A DNA stretch of 64,000 bases from an uncultured delta proteobacterium (lineage in GTDB: Bacteria; Desulfobacterota; Binatia; UBA9968). The notes beneath the pieces were generated by a model. The model saw only the letters and a program-made list of their open reading frames with translations. It was not told the origin of the DNA and did not search any database. Shown here piece after piece: positions 1 through 9,550 of the stretch (positions are counted from its first letter, which is position 1; each line of letters opens with the position of its first letter). Location of the stretch: contig CAWFJP010000030.1 of assembly GCA_963816145.1 (NCBI GenBank), forward strand, positions 320,001-384,000, given 5' to 3'. A program made the position numbers and the translations under genes.

Positions 1-219
1 CGCCGCCATCACCGTTGGTCCGCTGCGCACGTAGACCGGGGTGACTTCGAAACCTTCCGCGGTGAAAAATCCCAACTCCTGGGCGACCAGGATCGGCAGC
101 ATGACGTTGAGAGAGTTGGTATTGTACGCGAGCGTGATCGGCTTAGCCTGAGCGTGATCGCCGGCACAGAGCCAAAGCGCCAACGCGGCGGCGAAAATTC
201 TAAGCGAGCCGTTGAACAT
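1..219 (-). CDS. ABC substrate-binding protein, NMT1/TauA/SsuA family (5' part; runs off window edge)
   Basis: Hand translation of the minus strand from ATG at 219 gives MFNGSLRIFAAALALWLCAGDHAQAKPITLAYNTNSLNVMLPILVAQELGFFTAEGFEV: a signal peptide plus the 'P..VA.E.GFF..EG.EV' family motif. Confidence 0.8.
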   Translation of the reverse strand, partial: MFNGSLRIFAAALALWLCAGDHAQAKPITLAYNTNSLNVMLPILVAQELGFFTAEGFEVTPVYVRSGPTVMAA

Positions 220-252
220 GTCTGGGTTTCCCCTGAATGAACCGGGGAGACA

Positions 253-1209
253 CTATTTTTTTCCGAACAAATTGATGAAGCTGCCGTCGATCATCTCGCT
301 CGCTGAAATTTTCCTCTTTAGCCGGCCGGTCTCGATCTCCTGCTCGACCGTGGCGGTAATGCCGGCGTCGAGGATGCGCCCGTCCATGGGAAAGGAATCG
401 CGGTACTCGTCGTACCCGGCGGCGGCTTCGCCGGCGTTTAGGCCGACATATTTTCTCAAGGCGCGAATGCCATCGTCGCGATTCTCGCGGGTGTGCTTCA
501 CGCCGCGCTGGTAAGCGCGCAAGAATTTCGTCGCTTGCTCTTTTTCTTTGGCGAGCCAGCTTTCCCGGGCGATAAAGCCGACGTTAGTCCAGTTGGGATA
601 GAGCTCTTTCAGATCGAAGAGCTTATTCAAGCCGGCCGCTTTGGCGCGCTCGGTGACGGGAAACCATAGAATGGTCGCATCGACGATGCCGCCGGCGAGC
701 GTGGTAAAGCGCGCCGGCGTGCCGCCGATCTGCACCATGGTAACATCTTTCGGATCGACTCCGACATGGCGCAGCGCCGAGCGGGTGAGAAATTCCGACA
801 ACGAGCCGAAGCGGCTGATGGCAAATTTTTTGCCCTTACCGTCCTTCAACGATTTCACGCTCGGGCTGCCGTAGATCTGAAACGGCATAACATTGGAAAT
901 CGCCCAAAAGTTTTTGATATCCACGCCGCCCGCCCGGGCAAGCACCGTCTCCGGCACGCCGCCGGCCATGACCTGCACGTCGCCGCCGATCATCGCCTGA
1001 AGATTGGTCGCTCCGGCGTTGAACATGACGACGAGAACGTCCAAGCCCTCGTCTTTGAAGAAGCCTTTGTCCTGGGTCACATAGATGGGCAAGAAGGCGA
1101 CGTTCACCGTCGACACGCCGACGACCATCCGGGCATCGATGGCAGCAGGCTGGACGCTGCCAACGAGCAATAACAGGGTTAGGCAAAGCCAGGATCGGCG
1201 CTCAAGCAT
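253..1209 (-). CDS. ABC substrate-binding protein, NMT1/TauA/SsuA family
   Basis: Signal peptide, LPIYVTQDKGFFKDEGLDV motif, (L)KGKK..ISRFGS motif. Confidence 0.9.
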   Translation of the reverse strand: MLERRSWLCLTLLLLVGSVQPAAIDARMVVGVSTVNVAFLPIYVTQDKGFFKDEGLDVLVVMFNAGATNLQAMIGGDVQVMAGGVPETVLARAGGVDIKNFWAISNVMPFQIYGSPSVKSLKDGKGKKFAISRFGSLSEFLTRSALRHVGVDPKDVTMVQIGGTPARFTTLAGGIVDATILWFPVTERAKAAGLNKLFDLKELYPNWTNVGFIARESWLAKEKEQATKFLRAYQRGVKHTRENRDDGIRALRKYVGLNAGEAAAGYDEYRDSFPMDGRILDAGITATVEQEIETGRLKRKISASEMIDGSFINLFGKK

Positions 1210-1298
1210 TTATTTGTCCTCCGCCGCGGAGATTAGAGAGATCGACCCTTTCAGTCAAGCACATTTCGCTTCACGCCTTCGTGACATTCTGAGTTCTC

Positions 1299-2306
1299 TC
1301 AACGCGGCTTAGTCTTATACAGACCGTCGATGTAGCCACTGTCGTCGAGCTCTTTGATAAAACGGTTGTCGACGAAGTCTTCCGGTTTAGCGACCTTCGC
1401 TTTGGGGTTTTCGTCGGCCAACAAATCGAGCGCCATCTGCAAACCGGCGAGAGACGGATATTGTTTGCGCGAGATCCGGTTGTCCGGCGCAGCGGATTCA
1501 TAGGATTTCGCCAGCACGTCCCGCTCTTTGATCTGCCCAAGATATTTGCCCAGCACTTTGAGCGCTAATTCCCGATCGGTTTTCATCAGCGCGACCGCCT
1601 CGACATGGGACTTGACGTAGCGGCGCACGATCTCGGGTTTGTCTCGGATCATCGCGCGGGTGGTCACTACGCCGATATGCACGAACGGCAAGCCGAGCTC
1701 GGCGACATCCGCCAGCGCGTTGAAGCCTTCCCGCTGCGCCGTGATATTTTGCGGCGGGCTGAACAGCGTCCCGTGAATTTTTCCCAGCCGCAGGCTGGCG
1801 ATGCGCTCGCTGGTGCCGCCGACCACGATAAGCGATACGTCCTTCGGTGCCAGGCCCAGCTTTTGTAAAGCGAAACGAGTGGCGGTTGGATTGGCGCCGC
1901 GGATCGCCGACAAGCCCACCGTACCGCCTTTGAGTTGCTCCGCGGTTTTTATTTCCGGCCGGGTGACGAGGACGAAGTCGAGGGTCGACATGCCGCCGGC
2001 AACGTAGACGGTATTGGAGCCACGGAGCGCGCTTTCGACCACCACCGGTCCCGAAGCGAGGACGAATTGCAATTCGCCGGACATCAACGCCATGACCCCC
2101 ACCGAGGCATGGACCCGCACGGCCTGCACGTCCAAGCCGTTACGCGCGAAAATACCGGCCTCCTTGGCGATCCAGAGCGGCAGGACACCGGCCGAATCGG
2201 AAACGTAGGCGGTCGTGGTTTTGCTGACCTGTGCCTGGGTCTCCAGCGCAAACAGGCTCAGCCAAACGAACGCCAGTAGGAGAAAAAACAGTTTAGCGAT
2301 TTTCAT
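1299..2306 (-). CDS. ABC substrate-binding protein, NMT1/TauA/SsuA family
   Basis: Signal peptide, LPLWIAKEAGIFARNGLDV, C-terminal 'FVDNRFIKELDDSGYID'. Confidence 0.9.
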   Translation of the reverse strand: MKIAKLFFLLLAFVWLSLFALETQAQVSKTTTAYVSDSAGVLPLWIAKEAGIFARNGLDVQAVRVHASVGVMALMSGELQFVLASGPVVVESALRGSNTVYVAGGMSTLDFVLVTRPEIKTAEQLKGGTVGLSAIRGANPTATRFALQKLGLAPKDVSLIVVGGTSERIASLRLGKIHGTLFSPPQNITAQREGFNALADVAELGLPFVHIGVVTTRAMIRDKPEIVRRYVKSHVEAVALMKTDRELALKVLGKYLGQIKERDVLAKSYESAAPDNRISRKQYPSLAGLQMALDLLADENPKAKVAKPEDFVDNRFIKELDDSGYIDGLYKTKPR

Positions 2307-2473
2307 CGGCAGCCCTCAAAGCCCATGGCCGGGAAACTAACCGAAGCGGCGCCGCGCCGTCAATGGCGCCTAATTTAATCTCGCGGCGAACCATTGACGG
2401 CGAAGAACATCGGTTGCTAAAGTGCGGCTATCGTAGGGTTCGCGAGTTCAAGTCAGCTTAGCGGAGGTGACCT

Positions 2474-3592
2474 ATGGCGATCGGACTTTCACATGGCGGG
2501 ACCAACGTTTATTCGGCGGGCGAGCGCTCCAATCAACTTTGGGTGGCCACCCAAGATGGACTCGTTCTGTTCGAGCGCGCCGGAATTGGCCAATGGCGCG
2601 AAGCCCAGCGCGCTCTGCGCGGCCAACATATCAGCGCGATCATCTTTGAAAAAACCACCGGCACCATGTTAGCCGGCACCTTCTTCGGCTCGATCCACGC
2701 CAGCACCGACGGCGGCAAGACTTGGGAACGGCGCGATAATGGAATGCCGATCCACGATGTCTACAGCTTGGCGTCCCATGTCATCGACGGCAAAGTCCGC
2801 GTCTACGCCGGCACCCAACCGGCGCATCTGTTCGTCAGCGAAGACTTGGGAATGCATTGGCGCGAGCTGCCGTCGATGCGCGAAGTGCCGAGCGCGACCC
2901 AATGGTCCTTCCCCGCTCCGCCGCATATCGCGCATACCAAATTCATCACTTTCGATCCGTTCGATCAGAACGCGCTCTACGCCTGCGTCGAGCAGGGCGC
3001 ATTTTTGAAGAGCAGCGATTTAGGCAAGAGCTGGAAACAGCTGAACACCGTCGGCCTGTACAAAGACGAAAACCGCCCGGTGGAACATTTCTACGATGTT
3101 CACCGCTGCCTCATCGACCCGCGCAAACCCGATAACATTTACGTCACCGGCGGCGCCGGTTTGTACGTCACCCACAACGGCGGCGGCAGTTGGGAGCGTT
3201 GGACGGCGCCGGATTGGGCGCCCGACGTCTATCCTGACGGTTTTACTTGGAATCCGAAAAATCCCAACATGATGTTCGTCGCCGCCGCCGAGCATAACCC
3301 GGTAACTTGGCGCAAAGCCGGACCGGCGGCCCGCGCCGAGGGCAAAATTTATCGCAGCAAAGACTGCGGCAAGAACTGGGAGCGCTTAAGTGGCGGCCTG
3401 CCCGCCAGCTTGAAGCATGAGTTCGGTGCACTATGCCTCGAGGAGGTCAATGGAACCTGTTCGATCTTCGGCGGCACCACCGGCGGCGAGGTGTTTTGCA
3501 GCGAAGACAACGGCGAGACCTGGACAATGATTACCGACAAATTGGCACCAATCTCAAAGAAGGGACATGAGCGGCTGCTGGCGGCAAGCTAA
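2474..3592 (+). CDS. BNR/Asp-box repeat beta-propeller protein (sialidase/Ycf48-like fold), no signal peptide
   Basis: Repeated S.D.G..W Asp boxes (STDGGKTW, SEDLGMHW, SSDLGKSW, SKDCGKNW, SEDNGETW); GGAGG SD at 2463. Confidence 0.85.
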   Translation: MAIGLSHGGTNVYSAGERSNQLWVATQDGLVLFERAGIGQWREAQRALRGQHISAIIFEKTTGTMLAGTFFGSIHASTDGGKTWERRDNGMPIHDVYSLASHVIDGKVRVYAGTQPAHLFVSEDLGMHWRELPSMREVPSATQWSFPAPPHIAHTKFITFDPFDQNALYACVEQGAFLKSSDLGKSWKQLNTVGLYKDENRPVEHFYDVHRCLIDPRKPDNIYVTGGAGLYVTHNGGGSWERWTAPDWAPDVYPDGFTWNPKNPNMMFVAAAEHNPVTWRKAGPAARAEGKIYRSKDCGKNWERLSGGLPASLKHEFGALCLEEVNGTCSIFGGTTGGEVFCSEDNGETWTMITDKLAPISKKGHERLLAAS

Positions 3593-3629
3593 AAAATGCC
3601 GTCTTTTATGCATCCCCCTCTTCTCCGAT

Positions 3630-3653
3630 TCTCTCCCCCGTGACGGGGGAGAG
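3630..3653. repeat. REP-like palindrome
   Basis: ctctcccccg-tga-cgggggagag perfect hairpin; related elements at 3694-3718/3851-3864 and 10593-10628. Confidence 0.65.
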
Positions 3654-3718
3654 TTAGAGTGGGGGTACTGGTCACATGACGCGGTGTTGAGCACCCCCAT
3701 CTTAATCTTCCCCCGTCG

Positions 3719-3850
3719 AAGGTTGTGTCGTAATGCGTGAATGCCCCACATCTGTCATACCGAGCACAGCGAGGGATCTCGTCTTTTCAGCCACGTACGA
3801 AGAAGAGATTCCTCGGCTTCACCTCGGAATGACAGTTGCGACGCAATCTC
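3719..3850. mobile_element. MITE-like element with internal GTCAT..CGAG/CTCG..ATGAC palindrome
   Basis: Imperfect terminal inverted repeats aaggttgtgtcgtaa / ttgcgacgcaatctc, flanked by TCG on both sides; interrupts a REP-like hairpin. Confidence 0.55.
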
Positions 3851-3917
3851 TCGAGAGGGAGGATACCGGATCGGCCGGTGAACCCTCTCGGCGGAATTTG
3901 AATTTGTCCTATTCGCG

Positions 3918-4667
3918 GTGACTACCTCAACCGACAGGCCCGGCTCAGCCCTCGCCAAGCAATTGCTTGCGCGCAGCGAACAAGATGCCGCCATCACGCC
4001 AATGGACGCTGTGATCGACGCGGCACGCGCAGGTAAATTCACCAACGATCACTGTTTTCGCCTGCTGGCGCGGCTGTGGACGCTCAAGCGCATGCTTTAC
4101 TATGTTTACGGCGGTTGGGCACAGGGCATAAACCTGAACGACTATCCGCCCGGCGTCGCCTATCTCTTCGGCAGGCAGACCTACGACGAGTCGACCCAGG
4201 AGATGCAGTACTGTGACGAGATTCTACGCCGCCGCTTCGTGCTGACGCAGCGCGAGTTATTCGTGCACCCCTACGGCCAGTTCGACACCGCCACCCGGAC
4301 CGGCGCTTATATATTTTGTCTGCGCGCGCTCGCCAACTATCCGCACAACATCCGCATCGCCGCGCTTAATCTCGGACCGAAGGTCATCGAACTCGCCTGG
4401 ACCGAAAGATTCGCCAAATTATTGCCCGATGAATCCATGCAGGCGGTTTTTCACAGCCAACTCGCGGAAACCCGCAGCCATGTCTTGATGGGCCGTCATC
4501 AAGTCGAACAATATGTACAGAAGGAAGTCGACGCCGAATTAGCCCGGCGCTTATGTGCGGAGACCAAGCGCGACTATTTATTCTTTCTCGAAGAAACCGC
4601 CCGCTTCGTCCTCGACATGGCCGAAGAGAAAGCCGGAGAAGTGACGGTACAGGCGGATGTCGACTAA
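3918..4667 (+). CDS. Ferritin-like protein with degenerate diiron ligands (putative structural beta subunit)
   Basis: RQTYDESTQEMQYCDEILRR aligns by eye with RQIWDEVKHGQLHADVLLRG of 5204-5944; second site ETRSH. Confidence 0.65.
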   Translation: MTTSTDRPGSALAKQLLARSEQDAAITPMDAVIDAARAGKFTNDHCFRLLARLWTLKRMLYYVYGGWAQGINLNDYPPGVAYLFGRQTYDESTQEMQYCDEILRRRFVLTQRELFVHPYGQFDTATRTGAYIFCLRALANYPHNIRIAALNLGPKVIELAWTERFAKLLPDESMQAVFHSQLAETRSHVLMGRHQVEQYVQKEVDAELARRLCAETKRDYLFFLEETARFVLDMAEEKAGEVTVQADVD

Positions 4668-4679
4668 CGGAAAACAGCC

Positions 4680-4795
4680 GTTCAAGGGTTCAAGGTTCAA
4701 AGGTTCAACGATTTCCGGATTCCGACCTTGAACAAAACGTTTTGAACGGCTTGAACGATTGGAACCTCTGGAACTTTTGGAACAGCTGGAACTAA
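4680..4795. repeat. Short inverted tandem repeat array (GTTCAAG units then 9-bp TTGAAC/TGGAAC units)
   Basis: ttcaagggttcaaggttcaaaggttcaa ... ttgaacggc ttgaacgat tggaacctc tggaacttt tggaacagc tggaac. Confidence 0.8.
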
Positions 4796-4825
4796 TATAA
4801 TTCGCCTGAACTACCAGAAGTCAAA

Positions 4826-5104
4826 ATGACACCACCGAGACTCAAAATTGATCATGCTAAGTGTACCGAATGCCGCATGTGCTACGTCGTCTGCCGCGAG
4901 ATCGAAATCAATGCAGTTGTCATCGCGCCGACTTCGCAACATTTTTTGGAGATCGATGAGCGCTGCACCTACCCCGGTTGCACGGTGTGCTTGATGTACT
5001 GCCCTGCGGAAGGCTCCATCGTCGAGGCCGCCACCGGCCGCTCCATGGTGCCGCCGCCGCCGGAAGTCTGGACGGAAAATAAACGCTGGCCGCGCATCCC
5101 TTGA
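4826..5104 (+). CDS. 2[4Fe-4S] ferredoxin
   Basis: CTECRMCYVVC and CTYPGCTVCLMYCP cluster motifs. Confidence 0.85.
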   Translation: MTPPRLKIDHAKCTECRMCYVVCREIEINAVVIAPTSQHFLEIDERCTYPGCTVCLMYCPAEGSIVEAATGRSMVPPPPEVWTENKRWPRIP

Positions 5105-5115
5105 CCGAGAACGAA

Positions 5116-5178
5116 TTGAACGGCTTGAACGTTTTGAACGATTGAAACCTCTGGAACAACTGGAACCCTTGGAACCAA
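5116..5178. repeat. 9-bp tandem repeat array (TTGAAC/TGGAAC core)
   Basis: ttgaacggc ttgaacgtt ttgaacgat tgaaacctc tggaacaac tggaaccct tggaac; same unit order as 4742-4792. Confidence 0.8.
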
Positions 5179-5203
5179 GCCAAACATTAAGACGGATTTC
5201 CCC

Positions 5204-5944
5204 ATGCATACCATTCTAAAAGACTTCCTGGAGAAATGGGTCTATCCGACCGGCTTCACCGGCCCCGGAGTCGACTTTCGCCTGCGCCAGACCGAGCGGT
5301 GCTTGCCGCTCTGGGACAAGCTGGTGCTCCAAGCGATCAAGGCCGCTGAGACCGACTTGAAATCCGGCAGCGACGAGTACAAAGCGGCCCGCGCCCGCGG
5401 CGGTTACGCTGCCGAAGGACCGTTCATGTCGTTGAAACAAATGTCGACCCAGATTCTTTCGGTCAGCACCGACCAGCAGCCAAAGTACATCGACCTGCAG
5501 CGCATGCGCGCTCGGCAGATCTGGGACGAGGTCAAACACGGCCAGCTCCACGCCGATGTCCTACTGCGCGGCGGCTTCATTGAGCGCGAAGAAGAATTGA
5601 TGGACGATGCCCGCGCCAATACTCAACCGAAACTTTCTTACTTCGGCATGACCGCCATGTTCCCGCATATTCATCCGCTCGCCCGCGCCGGACAACATTA
5701 TTACAACGAGTCGATGGCTTGTCTCGGCATCGCCGCGACGCTGAGCGTCATCGACGACGAACTGATCCGTCATCAACTGCATAGCCAATCGGCGGAAGAA
5801 TTGATGCACTTTATGGAAGGCAAATATCAGATCGACGCCTACGCGCTCACACCTGAGGACCAGAAACCCATCGAAGCAGTGTTCGACTTCCTGCTACGCC
5901 CCTGGGCCCCTGAACCCAGCCGCGCTCTGGGCGGCAACGCGTAA
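5204..5944 (+). CDS. Ferritin-like diiron-carboxylate protein (putative catalytic subunit)
   Basis: Canonical E ... ExxH ... E ... ExxH order: AAEG, DEVKH, YNES, EELMH. Confidence 0.75.
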   Translation: MHTILKDFLEKWVYPTGFTGPGVDFRLRQTERCLPLWDKLVLQAIKAAETDLKSGSDEYKAARARGGYAAEGPFMSLKQMSTQILSVSTDQQPKYIDLQRMRARQIWDEVKHGQLHADVLLRGGFIEREEELMDDARANTQPKLSYFGMTAMFPHIHPLARAGQHYYNESMACLGIAATLSVIDDELIRHQLHSQSAEELMHFMEGKYQIDAYALTPEDQKPIEAVFDFLLRPWAPEPSRALGGNA

Positions 5945-5957
5945 ATTGAGCACAAAC

Positions 5958-6146
5958 ATGAAAGTGAAAATCGTCGAATCTCTCTGCATCGCCTGCGGCC
6001 TGTGCCGCGAAGTCTGCCCCGAAGGCGCTGTCCATCCCAAGATGCAGGACATCCATCACATGTACGAAGTGATCGAGTACGAATGCACCGGCTGCGCCGA
6101 ATGCCTGCCCTACTGCCCGGAGCCGGGAGCTTTGCTGCAATACTAG
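5958..6146 (+). CDS. 2[4Fe-4S] ferredoxin
   Basis: CIACGLCREVCP and CTGCAECLPYCP. Confidence 0.9.
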   Translation: MKVKIVESLCIACGLCREVCPEGAVHPKMQDIHHMYEVIEYECTGCAECLPYCPEPGALLQY

Positions 6147-6243
6147 AGGCTCCCTGGCTTTTTCTTTTCCTCATCGCTTGCCAATCTTACCTTGACATCT
6201 AATTCGAGTCCGCACTAAAACGGACGGATTCGGAGGGAAGTGT

Positions 6244-7426
6244 ATGGCGAGCGATCCACGCACCCATGGTTTGCATGAGACCTGCAATCAACGCGGCCCC
6301 AACCGGCCGTTATTCACTAAAGGGGGGCCACCCAATTACGTGGAGAAATCGCTGGCCGCCGCCGCCGAGCCGTTCAAAGGCATAACAAGCGACGGCGTCG
6401 TCATTCCCAATCTCTACGGTTTGCACAAGACCGGGATATCGACTCAGGCAATCCGTAAAGCTGCCGAAGCTTTTCTCGCATCGCTGACCGCCGAGCAACG
6501 CGCCAAGACGCTCTTTCCCGTCGACACCGACCAATGGCGCAAGTGGAGCAACATTCATCCGACTTTGTTGCGCCATGGCATGGCGCTCTTCGAGATGAGC
6601 GACGGCCAGCGCGATTGCGCCTTTGCGCTCCTGCGCGAGAGTTTGAGCCAACGGGGTTTCGAAGAAACCCTCGACATCATGCATTTGAATGAAACGGTCC
6701 GAGAAATGACCGGCCGGCTCGATGAGTATGGCGAAGATCTTTATTGGCTGAGCATTATGGGCGCGCCGTCGGCCAGCGAACCCTGGGGCTGGCAGTGGGA
6801 TGGCCATCATTTGATCATCAATTATTTCATCCTCGGCAATCAGATTGTCGTGACACCGACGTTCTTGGGTGCCGAACCGGTGCACGCGGTCAGCGGCAAA
6901 TACGTCGGTGTCCGCGCATTCAAGGGCGACGAAGACCGCGGCCTGGCCTTGTTCCGCGCGCTTTCGGAATCGCAACGGGTCAAAGCGGTGATCGCGCCCG
7001 AGACAACCGGCGAGGACTTTACCACCGCGTTTCGCGACAACCTCGTGCTCGATTACAAAGGCATCCGCTCCGGCGAGTTGTCGAGCGCACAACAGGAACT
7101 GCTGCTCGGCCTGGTGGACTATCATGTCGGCCGCATGCGCGACGGCCATGCGCAGGTCAAGATGGATGAAGTGAAGCGCCATTTGAACGACACGTATTTT
7201 TGCTGGATGGGCGGCGACGCGGCTGGACGGTGTCTTTTACTATCGCGTCCAGAGTCCGGTAATCATCGTCGAGTTCGACCACCAACGCGGCATCGCCTTC
7301 CGCGAGCGCACCAAGCCGTACAAGGACCATATTCACGTCATCCTGCGCACGCCCAACGGCAACGACTACGGCAAAGACTTGCTGCGTCTACATTATCAGC
7401 AAGGCCATCATGCGACCGGGCGGTGA
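6244..7426 (+). pseudogene. DUF3500 family protein, frameshifted near 7220 (pseudogene or sequence error)
   Basis: WSNIHP, PWGWQWDGHHL motifs; the expected C-terminus [16 protein letters not shown]...[19 protein letters not shown] lies in the +1 frame, ending TGA at 7424-7426. Confidence 0.8.
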
Positions 7427-7519
7427 GCATTTGGCATTGAGTCAGCGACGCCGGAGTGAAATTACCATCGCGCCCTGTGCGTGCTTGGCGCGAGCCATTC
7501 CGAGACTGAGGGAGGCATC

Positions 7520-8509
7520 ATGACCGGCAAACCTCGCCATCGACTGATAATTCTCCTTTTGATCGCGTCGGTCGCCGCCAGCGCCCGCGCTGAAAAGATC
7601 CGCACCAGCATTCCCGGCGCCAATCTCAATTATCTCTCGGTTTACAGCGCTGACGAACGCCATTTCTTCCGCGATGAAGGCTTGGAAAATGAAACCATCG
7701 CCATCGGTGGCCCCGCCGGTATCGCCGCTTTGGTGAGCGGCGACGTCGATTTCAGCGGCGCCGGCGGCAGCGGTCTGCGTGGAGCGGTGCGCGGCGCCCC
7801 GCTCAAAGCGATTTTCTATCAGACCGAAAAACCGACCTGGTATTTGGTCGTTCATCCGAGCATCACTCAGGGCGCCGACTTAAAAGGCAAAAAAATTGGC
7901 GTCGCGCTGATCGGCGACAGCGAAGATCGCTTTATCACTTTGTACGCCGAACGGGCGGGCGTGTCGGCGAAGGATATCACCCGGCTATCTCTGGGCACGA
8001 GCATCGGCGACAAAATCCTCGGCGTCAAGACTGGCGCGGTGTCGGCCGTGGTTCTCGATCCCGCCGGCACCGTGGCGGCGGAACGCGAGGGGTTGCGCAA
8101 GCTTGTCTTCATGGGAGATATTTTCACGCTGCCCTTTCAAGGCTATGTCGCCACCCATCAAAAACTCGCCGAGAATCCAGCGCAAGTCAAAAGATGGATT
8201 CGCGCCATGACCCGCTCGCTGCTCTTCGTGCGCGACCGGCCCGAAGACGCCGCCGACATCGCGCTGCGCCGCCTGCGCTTGAGAAATATCACCAAGCCCA
8301 TGCTGGTCGAAGCGATCCGCAGTTACACCCGCGCGTTTCCGCCCGGCGTGCCCGGCGTGCCGTCGGCGGAAGGGGTGAAGAGCATTCTCGAAAACGAACT
8401 GAGAATTCCCTTGAAACTCGATAAGCCGCTGGCGGCGGAGAACTTTTTCGACCTGCGCTGGGCCGAAGAAGTGCGCAAGGAATTTACCGTCAAAGGGACA
8501 AACCAGTAA
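7520..8509 (+). CDS. ABC substrate-binding protein, NMT1/TauA family
   Basis: GGAGG SD, signal peptide (ARA-EK), FFRDEGLE and DLKGKKIGV motifs. Confidence 0.9.
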   Translation: MTGKPRHRLIILLLIASVAASARAEKIRTSIPGANLNYLSVYSADERHFFRDEGLENETIAIGGPAGIAALVSGDVDFSGAGGSGLRGAVRGAPLKAIFYQTEKPTWYLVVHPSITQGADLKGKKIGVALIGDSEDRFITLYAERAGVSAKDITRLSLGTSIGDKILGVKTGAVSAVVLDPAGTVAAEREGLRKLVFMGDIFTLPFQGYVATHQKLAENPAQVKRWIRAMTRSLLFVRDRPEDAADIALRRLRLRNITKPMLVEAIRSYTRAFPPGVPGVPSAEGVKSILENELRIPLKLDKPLAAENFFDLRWAEEVRKEFTVKGTNQ

Positions 8510-8540
8510 AACAGTCGCGTTGACCTAGGGAGACATCTCC

Positions 8541-9530
8541 ATGTGTCAGAGATATCTGCATCGACTCAGCTATGCCGCTCTGATTGCCGTTGAGATCTGG
8601 CTTTGCGCCTCAGCGCCAGCCCAGACAACGCTGAAAAAACTCCGCCTCGGCATTGCCGCCACGAGCGTCGGATTTCTCCCAATCTACGCAGCTCATCAAA
8701 AAGGATTTTACCGAGACGAAGGCATCGATCTGGAAATCATCTTGATGTCGCTGGCCGCCGCCAACAATGCATTCTTCAAAAACGAGATCGAATACAGCGC
8801 TGGGTTGACCGGTCTGGCCCTCGCGGTGGCACGTAATTATCCGGCGAAGATACTGATATTCACTGTCGCCAAACCGCTGCAATCTTTCGTCAGCCGCAAG
8901 GAGATTAAAGAGCCGCGCGATCTGAAAGGCAAGAAAGTCGCCGGCAGCTCACCCGGCGGTTCGGCAACGATCCTCGCCTATCAAGCTTTGAAGCACTTCG
9001 GGCTGGAGCCCGGTAAAGACGTGCAGGTCGTGCCCATGGGCGGCTCGGGCGCGGGGCGCCTCGCGGTGTTGGAACAGGGTGTCGTCGACGCGGCGCTGCT
9101 GTCGGTGCCGGAAAATATCATCGCCGTGAACAAAGGCTACAACGAGCTGATTTTTTTGGGCGATGTCGTGAGTTTCCCGCAAAATGGCTTCGGCACCTCG
9201 GTGACACGCATCCAACAGCAACCGGATGAAGTGTATCGCATGGTGCGAGCCACGCTGCGTGGGTTGCTGTTCGTCACCGACGAGGCAAATCGCGAACAAG
9301 CGCGCGACATTATGATGAAGCAATGGCGCGTCAGCGACCAAAAGCTCGCTGGTGAAATGATCGCCTTTCTCAAACGCGGTCTGGCCAAAGACGCGGTGAT
9401 CAGTCCGCAAGCAGTGCAATACTTCATCGATTTGACCCGCGAGACCTCCAATGTCACGCAACCGATCTCCGGGGCCCAGGTCGTTGACTTCAGTTTTCTC
9501 GAAAAAGCGCGTAAAGAATTGGTTCGGTAG
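8541..9530 (+). CDS. ABC substrate-binding protein, NMT1/TauA family
   Basis: Signal peptide, LPIYAAHQKGFYRDEGIDLE, DLKGKKVAGSSPG. Confidence 0.9.
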   Translation: MCQRYLHRLSYAALIAVEIWLCASAPAQTTLKKLRLGIAATSVGFLPIYAAHQKGFYRDEGIDLEIILMSLAAANNAFFKNEIEYSAGLTGLALAVARNYPAKILIFTVAKPLQSFVSRKEIKEPRDLKGKKVAGSSPGGSATILAYQALKHFGLEPGKDVQVVPMGGSGAGRLAVLEQGVVDAALLSVPENIIAVNKGYNELIFLGDVVSFPQNGFGTSVTRIQQQPDEVYRMVRATLRGLLFVTDEANREQARDIMMKQWRVSDQKLAGEMIAFLKRGLAKDAVISPQAVQYFIDLTRETSNVTQPISGAQVVDFSFLEKARKELVR

Positions 9531-9550
9531 TTCCACAACGAGGAGGCTCT

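Noticed and set aside
4680-5180. GTTCAA/TTGAAC arrays resembling CRISPR repeat ends
   Set aside because: Units are 7-9 bp with no unique spacers and no cas genes
6310-7182. 290-aa antisense ORF, and similar ones at 10659-11504, 21325-22071 and 50289-51020
   Set aside because: Each overlaps a well-supported gene on the opposite strand; shadow frames
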